From assembly GCA_022813965.1 (NCBI GenBank), contig JALDZS010000064.1, forward strand, positions 62,001 to 118,073: a stretch of DNA of 56,073 nt. Direction: 5' to 3'. The notes beneath the pieces are model-generated. The model had not been told where the DNA came from, made no database searches, and worked only from the letters and a program-made list of their open reading frames with translations. This document shows, piece by piece, positions 36,186-47,792 of the stretch (its first letter is position 1; each line of letters begins with the position of its first letter). A program made the translations under genes and the position numbers. This DNA comes from Toensbergia leucococca. Its lineage: Eukaryota.

Positions 36186-37453
36186 ATGCCAAACCAAAAC
36201 CACCAATTCCCTCCCCTCGACAACTTCTCCCCCGCTTCCCTCTTCCCCCACGAGCCCTCCCCATGGGACATCCCCCCCCAACAAGCCATCCTAACCACAA
36301 TCCGCCTCTCCCTCTCCCCAACCGCCGTCGAAACCCCAGACATGGAGCCCCTCCCCACCCTCGACTACCACCTAATCCACACCCTGATCGCCTTCTCGCG
36401 CGCCATCCTGCCCCCGCGCGACCTCAAGTTACTCGACTACCTCGCCGACGCCCGCAAATACTACTACATCGTCCACAGCAAATTCCACACCGCCTACAAC
36501 GCCCTCGCCGACGCCCACGCCTACGGTGTCATCCTCGACAACCAAAATGTCGCCCTCAACAACACCACCACCACCACCACCACCACCACCAACAATACTA
36601 TTAACAATAACAACAACAACGCCCCAACCCCAGAAAAAGCAGCCGAAAAGCGCACCCAGAACGCCGAAGCACGAGTAAAAAACGACGCAGACCTGCAGCG
36701 CCTGCTAGCCGCCGTGCAGGACTGGGCGCGGCGTAGAGACCAGGTCTCGGTGTGGTTCAGCAGCGCCAAGTGCGTGTTTGTGGAGACGCAGATGCCGCGC
36801 TTGGTGCATATTGCCAAGTGGGCCTACCAGAGGCATTTGATGCAGCAGCGTACGTTTTCCTCTAATTTTTTTTCATTGTGGCCTTCCTCTCTTTCTTCAC
36901 TCCTCTCCTTCTCCCTCTTCTCCCTTTTTCCCTCCCCCCCTCATACTTTGAGAGAAAGACAGAGCACAGAGCTTTTCCATTTTCCATCTCCTCATTTTTT
37001 TTGTTTTTTGGTACATGCGGCCATATCCCCACCCTCATCCCTCTTTCTTGCAAAAAAGGAAGCCCCAAAACAAAAGGAACTAGACTAATTCAAGAGCATG
37101 AATCAATCTAGAACGTTTCAACGCCCTTCCCACCTCCACCTCCTCCGCGGTCCCGCAACCACCAGCCGCGCAAAAGGACCTCGCTTCTTCTTCGCCTACG
37201 GAGGCGGTTGTTGGTGGTGGTGAGAAGGATGGGCAGGGCTTGAGGTTGCTGTCGGTTGGTGGGGCGGGGGCGGGGGCGGGGGTGGGGTATGGGTTTGGGC
37301 CTTTGGGGCAGGGGCAGGGGGAGAGGGGTGGGGGCGTGTGAGTTTGGGGGAGGGGGGAGGGGTGGGGGGTTGTGATTTGGTTGGGTTTTGTTTTGGGGGT
37401 TTTTTTGGGGGGGGGTTTTTTTTTGGTGGAGAAGGATGGGGGGTTTGGAGTTT
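36186..37453 (+). CDS. Hypothetical protein, low-complexity, 3' end uncertain
   Basis: Long ORF from ATG 36186 (MPNQNHQFPP...helical middle region). Plausible intron ~36850-37111 (GTACGT...CTAAT...TAG), then a G-rich exon with a possible hydrophobic tail. Homopolymer runs make the end unreliable. Confidence 0.45.
36558..36620 (+). repeat. Compound trinucleotide microsatellite (AAC/ACC)n encoding poly-Thr/Asn
   Basis: aacaacaccaccaccaccaccaccaccaccaccaacaat...aacaataacaacaacaac. Confidence 0.85.
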
Positions 37454-37843
37454 AGGGGGATGGGAGGGAGGAGGGGTTGGGGTTGGTTTCTGTGGAGATG
37501 TTGAATTGTGTGTGGGAAGATGGGGAGGATGGGGGTGAGGAGGCGGTTTTTTTGTTGAAAGGGGGGTTGTTTTGGGGAGGTGGATGGATGTTTGAATGGA
37601 ATGGCGATGTCGTCTGTAGGTGGTGAATACCAGCGAGCAGGGTGCAGCAATGCAGATTTGAGAGGTCTTTGGAGTTTTGTTCGTACGTCATACATGTATA
37701 TCCCCAAAAGATATCCAAACACGAAAACAGGAGAAATAAATCTTGTAAGCGCGAATAACCCCCTGCTTCTCATCCTAAGATATATAGCGTTATATAAATT
37801 ATATATATCGCGCCACACACACTCCGAATCCCGAATTCAAGAC

Positions 37844-38365
37844 CTAAGCACTGTCAACAACACTTAGCCCGTGGAGTTTATGACAGACAAAAAGAAAGGT
37901 GAGCACTTACAGCAACGCAATAGTGATATCCCCATGAATACTCGCCTTCAACTCAATCTCAATATCCAAATTCAACTCAATCCGCAACTTCAACCCATCC
38001 TGATCCATCGGATCCTTCTTCTCCTCCTTCTTCGGCGCCGCCACCTTCTGCTCCCCACTCCCGCCTCGCATGGGAATCTCCCCCCGCTGCGCACGGGCAT
38101 AGGAGACGGGACCGTCCATGGAGGTCTCGTCCGGCCCGATGCGCTCAAAGGGCTGCATGGCGCTGCCTTCCTGCTCGGCGTCCTGGTTTTCTTCGAGGGA
38201 GGGCATGGGGTTTTGTTTTGGGTTTTGGGTTTTTGCGTTTTGGTTTTTGCGGCGGCGGCGGCGGGATTGGGAGCGGGAGCGGTAGCCTGGGTCGGATTCC
38301 GAGTCGGAGATTAGGGTTTTTTGGGAGTTGGAGGGTTTTTTTCGGGGGTCGGGGGATGAGGACAT
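37844..38365 (-). CDS. Uncharacterised disordered protein with C-terminal LKLRIELNLDIEIELKASIHGDITIALL motif (paralog A)
   Basis: ATG at 38365. An intron (37851-37910) splits the last Leu codon and the terminal mini-exon gives ...LLA-stop. The motif is shared with the gene at 39208. Confidence 0.8.
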
Positions 38366-39207
38366 GGTGGGAGTTAGGAGTGAGGAGTAGAGGTGGTGGG
38401 AGAGCGAAGGTGATGGGATTGAGGAGGAGATGGACTTGTGGTGTGGATTGAGGGGAGAGAGTGAGGGTCGTAGAGGATGTTTTTGGGGAGGTGGGTTATG
38501 GAGAAGGAATGATTAATGTCGATGGCAGGTCTCTGGGATTGGAACCGGCTTGCTGCCAGCCCCAAGGCCTAGGCTTAGGTGCATCGTCACGTCGAGATCG
38601 GAGCAGGGACGCGGTTTAGGCTTGCGCTAGCGTCGAGTCTCGGGAGCAGTGGCAGTGGTTAAGGTGGTTTAGTGGGGGACCCTATTCTCCACAGTCAAGC
38701 CACAACCACGGGCTCAACTTGCAAAGCCTCGTGCTTTCCACACAGAGCCAATGACCCAAAACCTTGGTGCCTTTCAGATGCCTAGACCCAAAGACGGCCC
38801 GGATTAAGCAGAATCAAACAACTCCAGCAGCCCAGTCAAGAGGTCATTGCTACATTGCTACTAATGAATTTGAAAAAGAAGTCGAGTAACCTTCGGTCAT
38901 CGGCAGTCAGCTTCCGACGGGCAGCCACACCTCGATAGCAAAACCGGGCAGAACCCCTGTCGTAATGGGCCAATCTCCATGCTTCTAGACTCAATCTGCC
39001 ACCGAGCGCCCTCGACCCAGAACTGGAGGGGCTGGCGTCATCGCGTTTCCCATGTGTGACCAGCCATCTTCGTTTTGATTTCATGGCTTTTTTCCCCTGT
39101 TCCTGTTTCTCCATTCGCCTTCACTATCACTCATAGTTCCCTCTCTGCTCCATTGCTTTGATCGCTCCACCCAGTTCCTCCCCATATCCAATCAACCTCT
39201 AGCCAAA

Positions 39208-40093
39208 ATGTCAGAGGAAGCCTCCAAAACCGATGAAACTCAGGCCTCAGCCGGTGCAAACGCATCTGGTTCAGCAGAAGCATCCGGCGAAATTGGCGCA
39301 CAGGCATCCCAGAAAACTACCCAGCAAGCTAAACGCACTCCGCCTAAATTAAATAAAAAGCAACAGCAGCAAAAGTCTGTCGAGAATACCCCCGCTAAAT
39401 CGAACGGCGACGTGACAGGAGAAAACAACGGAGAAGCTAATGGAGATGCCAGTGGGGAAGCCAAAGAGAGAGTTAATGGATCTGCCAATCCCGCGCCCCC
39501 ATCTCAACCTCAATCTCGAGCCCAATCAAAGCGTCGTCAAAGCCGTGGTCGCGGTCGCAGCCAGATCCCTAGCTCCGACACAGAGTCCATCGCCCGCTCA
39601 GACGTCTCTGCAGCTGGCGGTCGAAGGAATCGAAATCGCAAGAAGGGCGGACAGAAGACTCAGCAGCAACAACAAGAGAATGGTGGGGGCGGAGGTGGAG
39701 GGCCTTTGGACTCCTTAGATGAGGTTGGCGAGACGGTCAATGGAGCGGGGGATATGGTTCAACAAACCGCGGGTGACGCAGTAGGTGGTGCTACTGACAA
39801 GGCGGGGAAAGCGGTAGGAGGTGTACTTGGGGGTGGGAAAGGAGAAGGGGAGGGGGAGCAGGGGGGCAAGGAGGAACAGCTGAGGTTGAGGTTGGATATT
39901 AATCTTGACGTGGAGATTCAACTGAAGGCCAAAATTCATGGTGATTTGACAATTGGTTTGTTGTAAGTTTGCCCCTTTTCTTGACACTTTTTCGTCAGTG
40001 AGCGCGAGAGTCCAGACCTTCATTTTCTTGAGCTTTTTCTGCGCGTACGTTATCAAAGATCTCCTTAATGACATTGAAATTTGTAGGAATTGA
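39208..40093 (+). CDS. Uncharacterised hydrophilic, Gly/Gln-rich protein with C-terminal LRLRLDINLDVEIQLKAKIHGDLTIGLL motif (paralog B)
   Basis: 252-aa ORF. An intron (39963-40086) splits the last Leu codon and the terminal mini-exon gives ...LLN-stop. Confidence 0.85.
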
Positions 40094-41270
40094 TCGATCT
40101 ATTTTGGATGTCCTCGTACTATGATTACCTTCCTTTTGCAACACGAGCAACTTTGGGATAAGACTATCAATCTACGGCGTTATTACTAGCCAATCGACTT
40201 CGGATCTTGAGTACTCGAAAATACCAACAAGGTGAGATTATATAACTTATATCACGAAATGTTCAATCCTACATACCTAGGTAGACCACCTCACAATGCA
40301 ACCTCGAGTGAATCCTTCTCAATTACTCATTTATTCTCCATTCACGCTCGATTCCAAGCATATCAATTGCACGTTGACTCAGATTCCCTCATCCCCAACC
40401 ACAAACCCATCCGTCATTTGCTCCGCGTCCCTTTCCTACACTCAACAACTCCAATACTCAACCAGCAATGACCAACCAACCGCCATCGCCATCGCCATCA
40501 CTATCACCATCCCCACATCCAACCACACGACACCCTTCACAACCACCATCTCGCTTCCCCTACCTCAAACCAAAAGCTCCCATCTCCCTCGCCTTCTCTC
40601 AGCCCACCAGCACCATCATCGAGCGAGAAACCGATCTTCCGCCCGGCTTCCCTTATACGTCTCTCGGCGACATGTGGTGCTTTCTGTGGGAATTTGGGTG
40701 CGGAATGCAGCGCTTGGGTGGGCGGTGGATGGTTAGGGAGGTTAGAGGTGGGCCGGGGAGGTGGTGAGGGATGGATTTTTGAATTTTTTTTTGGAGCGTG
40801 AGATGTGGAGGTTTTTGCTGTGGGGGGAGTTATGGTATTTGGATTTTATGGAGGGTTTTTGGTGTTGGTTTTGGGGTGGGGGTGGTTACTTGGAGAGTGG
40901 CATGGTCGCCGCATGGATGTGGTGTTGGGTGCTTTGGGATGGGTTCTCTAGCAGTGGGAAAGGGGAAATGTAGGCTGGAGGGTTTGTGAACAGGCTTGAT
41001 CCATGATTTGTGCGGATGCTCTGCTTGCTGTCTACCCCTCGACCTATCTAGTACCCGTAGAGCGGGCCGCAATGTATCAGTTTACATGACGGATATTTAT
41101 CTTTTGAGAGTAAAGTAAACGCCCTCCGATGTAGGTCGTTGAGGTCTGATTTTGATTGGAAGGCCAAACCTGTGCCTGGACTTATCATTGGTGCGGTCGA
41201 CGTGAAATTGGCTGTCATGTTGATGGATATTGTGGAGAAGATGATGCCACTCATGCTACGGATAAATATT

Positions 41271-41276
41271 CACGTG
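41271..41276. promoter_or_regulatory. CACGTG E-box, candidate Pho4/NUC-1-type site upstream of the phosphate transporter
   Basis: CACGTG about 540 bp upstream of the ATG at 41816, inside a short direct repeat (tgctacgga x2). A 6-mer can occur by chance. Confidence 0.3.
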
Positions 41277-41815
41277 CTACGGAGTTATTCTATTAGAATA
41301 TCTTCCGATTGACTTGCGGCCGCGGCGGCCCAGCCCTTGCAGCGATCTGGAGGCCAGCGAATCAATTCAGAGCTACCGAACACTCCCTCTATTGATAAAT
41401 AATATTACTCCATTATCTAAATGATCGACATCTCATCATAGTGTCTCACACAACCACGACGCAGCCTGATACTCTTTGACCCTGTGACGCCTGCAAGACT
41501 ACTACAAAACTATCACCTGGTCGAATTACTTGTGGACTTGTCTGGACATTTAGCCAGAACTGCTCTGCACATTAGAAGCAAGTCATACGCACTTTCCATG
41601 TCAGGAATATATCCTAAGCGGCCCTGCTCGTGAATGATACCGTCAATCTGCCGTCGCTAGGAGAGGAAGGAGGCAGGCTGTTCGGACATCTTGGGACCGC
41701 TATCGAGCTTGACGACCTCGCCGGCCATAACTGTAGGGAGGGGGCTGAAGATCGTCAGTATAGGAGGGAGTGGAAGCGGGGGCGCAAGCTCCATCAACTT
41801 CTTCAAGAGGAAGAA

Positions 41816-44692
41816 ATGAAGTTTTCCCACAGCATACAATTCAATGCCGTGCCGGACTGGAGTAGCAAATATATTTCCTACAGTAATCTCAAGAAGCTGT
41901 AAGATGAATACTGTCAATCTGGCCAGGATACCTCATCAATGCCGCCCGGCTGACGCTGTATTTCATCTAGAATATATACGCTTGAAAAGTCCATCAATCA
42001 GCCTTTCGCACCTCAAGCCCAAGATGCTGAAGCATCACCTCTCCTCGCCGGTGACACCGACCCTGATACTGTATTTAGACGTGCTTTGGACTCGGAACTC
42101 GAAAACATATGCTCTTTCTACGAACCCAAAGAGTCCGAAATTTATGCCGAACTTGATGCTTTGACAAAGGACGAGGAATCATATGAAGCTGAAACAGACG
42201 GACTTGATCATGAGCAGACTGACGGCCCGCCTGGAAGTCGAGGTGTGAACAGGGCTGGGAGAGCCAGACAAGGGAGTATATTCCGAAACCTTGGATTCAA
42301 TCGACCACGGCGGACTAGCACGCTAAGTGCCTCGTTGAACGAGGCTGACGAGGATGCTGATAGTGACGATGATGCCGACGAGACAGCAGCTTTGAACAAA
42401 GGCCATACAAGGGAAAGGAGTAAAACTTTGGATTCCAACGGAGGGCAAAGCATCGATGAGCTTCGGAACTCCAAAGATACACTGGACAAGAAAAGACGGC
42501 CGAGTCAAGCTTTTGATGATTATAGTGATCATGCATTTTCTGCCTTGTATGATTCGGGTATCACATTGAAGAAGCGAACAATCAGTCTATATGTCTCTTT
42601 GTGCGAACTTAAATCGTTCATACAGCTGAACAAGACTGGGTTTTCGAAGGCGTTGAAGAAATTCGACAAGACTTTGAACCGGAATCTGAGAAACAAATAC
42701 ATAGATGAGACCGTTTTGCCAGCATATCCATTTCGGCAACAAACAATGCAGAATCTTGATGAGCATATTCAAAATACCGAGCAGATGTATGCAAATGTTG
42801 TCACAAAGGGTGATCTTGCCACCGCGAAACGAGAACTTCGATTACACCTCCGTGAACATGTTGTGTGGGAGCGAAACACGGTATGGCGCGAGATGATTGG
42901 TATCGAGAGAAAAGCTCAAGCTGCAAATATGGGCTTGCGGCGGACATTACTTGGTGGAGATCACGACCCCTCCAAAGCCCGCCTACAAGGCGACGAAGAA
43001 GAAAGGGGCATGAAAGAGGTTATGACACCAGTTGGAAGGCTTCAGTGCCCACGATGGCTGTTCAGTTCAACCTTGTTCACTCTAATTGGTATCTTCATAG
43101 TCTTTATTGTTTTGCTCATGGTACCGATCATGAAGAAAGAAGAACAGCAAAATTGCTTGGCCATGTTGGCTTTTGTGAGCATGCTATGGGCGACAGAGGT
43201 ACTTTCCCTAGTAGATACACTCCATGAATGATCACTAACCATTTCTAGGTCATTCCTCTTTTCGTAACCTCGCTTCTAATCCCATTTCTGGTGGTCATAC
43301 TCCAAGTAGTACGCTCGGATGAAAAACCGTACCACCGATTAAATGCGAAGGATGCAACAAAGTATATCTTTGCCTCAATGTGGAGTCCTGTCATCATGTT
43401 GTTGTTAGGTGGATTTACCATTGCAGCAGCTCTCTCGAAATACCATATTGCGAAACTCATGGCTACTTATGTCCTCAGTAAAGCTGGTACAAGGCCTCGG
43501 ACAGTCTTGGTTACAAATATGTTTGTTGCAATGATCGCGAGCATGTGGATCAGTAACGTTGCGTCTCCAGTCCTTTGCTTCTCCATCATTCAGGTATGCT
43601 CAAGTCTGACATCACTGTAACTTTGTTCTCTAATTACTCCTGTTAAAGCCACTTCTCCGTAACCTCCCTACAGACTCCAATTTTTCAAAGGCACTTATCC
43701 TTGGCATTGCCCTCGCGTCTAATATCGGCGGTGCCGCCTCGCCGATCGCATCTCCTCAAAACATCATCGCCCTTCAGAATATGAGCCCTCAACCTAGCTG
43801 GGGGGTGTGGTTCTTCGTTGCTCTTCCAATTTGCATAATCTCCATTCTCCTCATCTGGGTGTTACTCCTTGTCACATTCAATCCGGGGAAGGGTACTACA
43901 ATAGTGCCAATTAGACCGATGAAAGATAAGTTCACCGGCGTACAGTGGTTTATCAGCGTCGTTACTCTAGTCACTATCGTTTTGTGGTGTGTGACGCATC
44001 AGCTGGAAAATGTTTTTGGAGATATGGGCGTCGTGGCCATCATTCCTATGGTGCTTTTCTTCGGCACCGGCATCCTTACCAAAGAAGATTTCAACAATTT
44101 CCTCTGGACAATCATCATCCTTGCCGCCGGCGGTCTTTCTCTCGGAAAGGCAGTGTCATCTTCTGGCTTGCTGCACACCATCGCGAAAACTATCACGGAG
44201 AAGGTAGACGGGCTGAGTTTATATGGAGTACTGGTGGTTTTCACAGCGCTGATTTTGGTGGTGGCAACTTTCATCAGCCATACGGTGGCGGCGTTGATCA
44301 TTTTGCCGCTGGTACGGCAGGTGGGTGCGGGTATGACGGATCCTCATCCCAATCTGCTGGTGATGGCCAGTGTTTTGGTTTGCTCGGCTGCAATGGGGCT
44401 ACCGACGAGTGGATTTCCCAATATGAGTGAGTTTTGTACACAAAACACCCCCTCTTTTCTTTCCTTCCACCCTCTTTGTGCACGGAAGCTCCTAGGCTAT
44501 CTTTTTAAGAGAAGAATGACTGACTGACTTGTTTTTTGGGGGACAGCGGCGATCATGATGGAAGATTCGCAGACGGGGCAGCGGTATTTGAGGGTTTCGC
44601 ATTTTATTTCGAGGGGGGTGCCGAGTAGTGTCATTGCTTTTGTTGTTGTTATCAGTCTTGGCTATGGCTTGTTGCGGATCGCGCAGTTTTAG
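41816..44692 (+). CDS. SPX-domain low-affinity phosphate transporter (PHO87/PHO90/PHO91 family), 5 exons
   Basis: MKFSHSIQFNAVPDWSSKYISYSNLKKL and ELKSFIQLNKTGFSKALKKFDK (SPX). The membrane domain has LWATE-VIPLFVTS, SMWISNVASPVL, ASNIGGAASPIASPQN and MGLPTSGFPNM. Stop at 44690-44692. Confidence 0.95.
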
Positions 44693-44719
44693 AGTCAGCC
44701 CACCACCTTTTTAAGGGCA

Positions 44720-46320
44720 AATGTATGTGATTATTCATCATCAAAAGTATGAACTATGCTTTGTTTGATTTAAGCTTCATGTTATGTGCTAATGATATGA
44801 AGAAGCTTAGATACTCATGTGTAAAGCTGTAGAACTGAGTCTCTGTCATCACAGCTATTTGATGTTCTTTGAATCACTGACTTTGATACATAATGCTTCT
44901 TTTTTGAAGGGGGTTTGAACAGAGGCATGTGTAGATAGTTCTGAGCGTTTTTTCAAAGAAGGTTTATGTGATGAATTGATGTTGTATCTATCTGTCTATT
45001 TCTTTTGACATTAGAGAGGTGTTATGAGTATGACGTGTGTAATAAGAAAGATGGTTGTTCCCTCACCAGCGCTAGTGTTCCGGAGTATTCAGAACACACC
45101 TAACTATATACAGCTAGTACTGAAGTGAGACAATAGAAAGCAATGACAATAAGACGACAATCAGACTCACTAGTACTAATGACTCAATTTTATAACAAGA
45201 GAGTTTCATCAGTTTTTTTTTTTTTTTTACTTGACTTGAATCTTTTACTTTATGACTCTAACTCTCTTTCTTGCTTTCTTTCTTTTTCTTGATGATGACT
45301 TCTCAGATCTGATATACAAGATTTTTGAAACAAAGAGAGAACATTCTCTTCTTTTATTTGATATGAAAAGACACACTTCTCAGTGTTCAGAAGGTTATTA
45401 AAAAATTAAGGCTTATAATATCTCTACACCTCATTTTAATAACCTGACACCTCATCTCAATAATCTGACACCCCCCTCTTACTATTACTTAATTAGGCAA
45501 TAGTGTGTGAGTGCATGCGCATAGGGAATCATCATGATTTCACACCACATCTTGCCTCAATTCTCTATCACTTTGCAAGTCATTTACTTGTTTCATTCAC
45601 ATGCCATCTAGAAGCCAAATTACCTAGAAGAAAAAGTCATGCCTTTGTATCACATCCTGACTCAATTCCCCTCACCCCTGAGCGCACAATCACCTCCCTG
45701 AGTGCAAAAACATCATGATCATGATTTTGCTATCTATCACCTTTCAAAAGCATGAAACACTCTATTATCTACAGAAATTTCACCTCACTCCCCTCAAAGT
45801 CCTTGTTCCCCTTCTAGATCCTCACTCACCCTGACCTTCTATTCATTCAAATTCAGAAGGTTCTCGCTGTGTATCCCTATGAAAGGCCCTGTTGTTCTCT
45901 CACACCATGAGCTCCTGTAGGACTGCAGTGAAGGTGATAGATGGCATGTGAAATCATGAGGTATAAGGGGTGCAAGTGTGATGAGAAATTGAGGCACATT
46001 GTGATGCAGAACGATGAAATTTGCCTCAGTGATATTGCGCCTGAGAGGGGTGAGGGGTGTCCTTGTATCAAAAGGGGGTGTCCTGACATCAATTTCTTAT
46101 AAAGATTAAGAGATATGTTTTAAAATCATGTGATGAGAGAAATTATTGACACATGTTCTTTTTAAGTTTCTTCAGTCAGAAGACTGACTGAGAGTTGATG
46201 TGATGAGAGTTTGAGGTTTTTAATTGAAGCAGAGAGAAAAGAAGGTAGTGATGTGCTCTTAGAGTTGATAAAGATATTTAATCATGTGAGATATACATCT
46301 GCGGTCAATATTGTGATCAA
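44720..46320. mobile_element. AT-rich, CpG-depleted degenerate repeat/transposon relic
   Basis: No credible ORF, very few CG, abundant TGA/TCA. Short tandem duplication (aataacctgacacc / aataatctgacacc, ~45439-45474) and degenerate inverted similarity between ~45530-45580 and ~45945-46005. Family not identifiable. Confidence 0.55.
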
Positions 46321-46504
46321 ATAATCTATCCCATCTCAATAATGAAGAATAGATAATGAAATTAAAAGCACAACCTCTTTACCCTTCCGCTCATCCACGA
46401 TCTCCACCACTGTTTCCTAAACGCCAGCCAGAGAATAGTCAGAGTGAGCGGTACGGTAACCGCGAAATAGACCCAGAGCTTTGACTCTCCGACCGCACTT
46501 AGTA

Positions 46505-46735
46505 CTGTAAACTCAACAGCCCTAGGGAATCATCTGGGAGCATCTGATGACATCACTCAGTAGGTGAGTAACGCTTATAAATGCTTCAGAGATTTGAACA
46601 GTAATGGTAGTTCACCCCCCTCAAAATTGACATACTGCGGTCATGACCCCCAACACTGCTAGAATCCTTAGATGAGCGATATATTTCTAATGAATGATCT
46701 TCTCAGATGATTCCCGAGGGCTGTTGAGTTTACAG
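46505..46735. mobile_element. MITE (231 bp) with ~35-40 bp terminal inverted repeats and TA target-site duplication
   Basis: Left end ctgtaaactcaacagccctagggaatcatctgggag. Right end ttctcagatgattcccgagggctgttgagtttacag, its reverse complement with few mismatches. TA at 46503-46504 and 46736-46737. Confidence 0.85.
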
Positions 46736-47792
46736 TACTAATTTTGGTATAGGCTTCGGAATTGAGGTGGAGGTGGAAGGAGAATGTGCGGTGCCAAGAT
46801 TTCGCAGATGAATTGAATATGCTAATTCTAGTAGCTTGCTTCTTCTTTCATTTTATCTGAAACATATCAAGGCCAGGTAATTTATTACTTGGTCTGCCGC
46901 GCGGTTAGAATCAGGTTGATTAGGGACACACTCTCGACACTCTTTTGAAATATTCTACTGAAATTTACCACTAATACTGAGGTGATGTCATGATTATCAC
47001 TACCTTATTCACACCCCATTTTGCTACAGTGACACCCCCCTAGTACTGGGTGGACTCAGGCGTATGAAAAAATCAGTCCCATCAGCCCCTTCCTACTGAA
47101 GCATTATTATCAGCTTAAGAACAACCTCACAAGAATCCATTGAATTATTGCTAAAGCCTCATTAGGCATTAATAGAGGTGAGTAGGTAGGTAGGTAGCTA
47201 GAATAGATGATGATTCTGCACATTTTTTAGCGGCGGAATCTTCAGGTCAGGTCATGGGTTGAGAGCCTGAGATAGGTGAGTGAATATATTATCTGATCAG
47301 AAAAAAAAGTATTTTCTTCATCTCATATATCTGACGGTTGGGTGGAGCGTTGAGAAGATTAGTTTGATAGAGCAACGAAAGAAACCTACAATTACCAGGC
47401 ACAAGAACATGAGGCATCGTCAGCAGCCGGCGAATAAAACCATCTATCGTTCTCTCACATAGAAAGCACCAAGTGCAATACGCTTCTAAAACGAAAACCC
47501 TAAGCCATACAAATCGCCATATCATACAGCAGCTTTCGGGCTCCCCGGGACGGGGACGGGGAGGGGGTATACATGATTCGCTAAAAGCTTCCCCGGGAAC
47601 AGAGTTAAAAAAAAAGGGGGGGAAGTCCGTCAATTCCTTGTCGTAGCGTACAGATTTCGCCTGTCTTGCCGCATACCAATTAGCCTAGTTCGCTTGATTA
47701 AAAGTACAAGTCATTTTCGGCCGTCGGAGAATCAACTTCGGCTTAGAAAGGAACTAAAACGATGCCGTCGAGAAGAAGAGGTGGGGGGAATT

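Noticed and set aside
37108..37818. 236-aa minus-strand Pro-rich ORF
   Set aside because: Shadow of the G-rich tract; lacks a credible start or family features.
40468..40989. ORFs in a C-rich then G-rich tract as a gene
   Set aside because: Open frames are explained by skewed composition; no motif or convincing splice structure.
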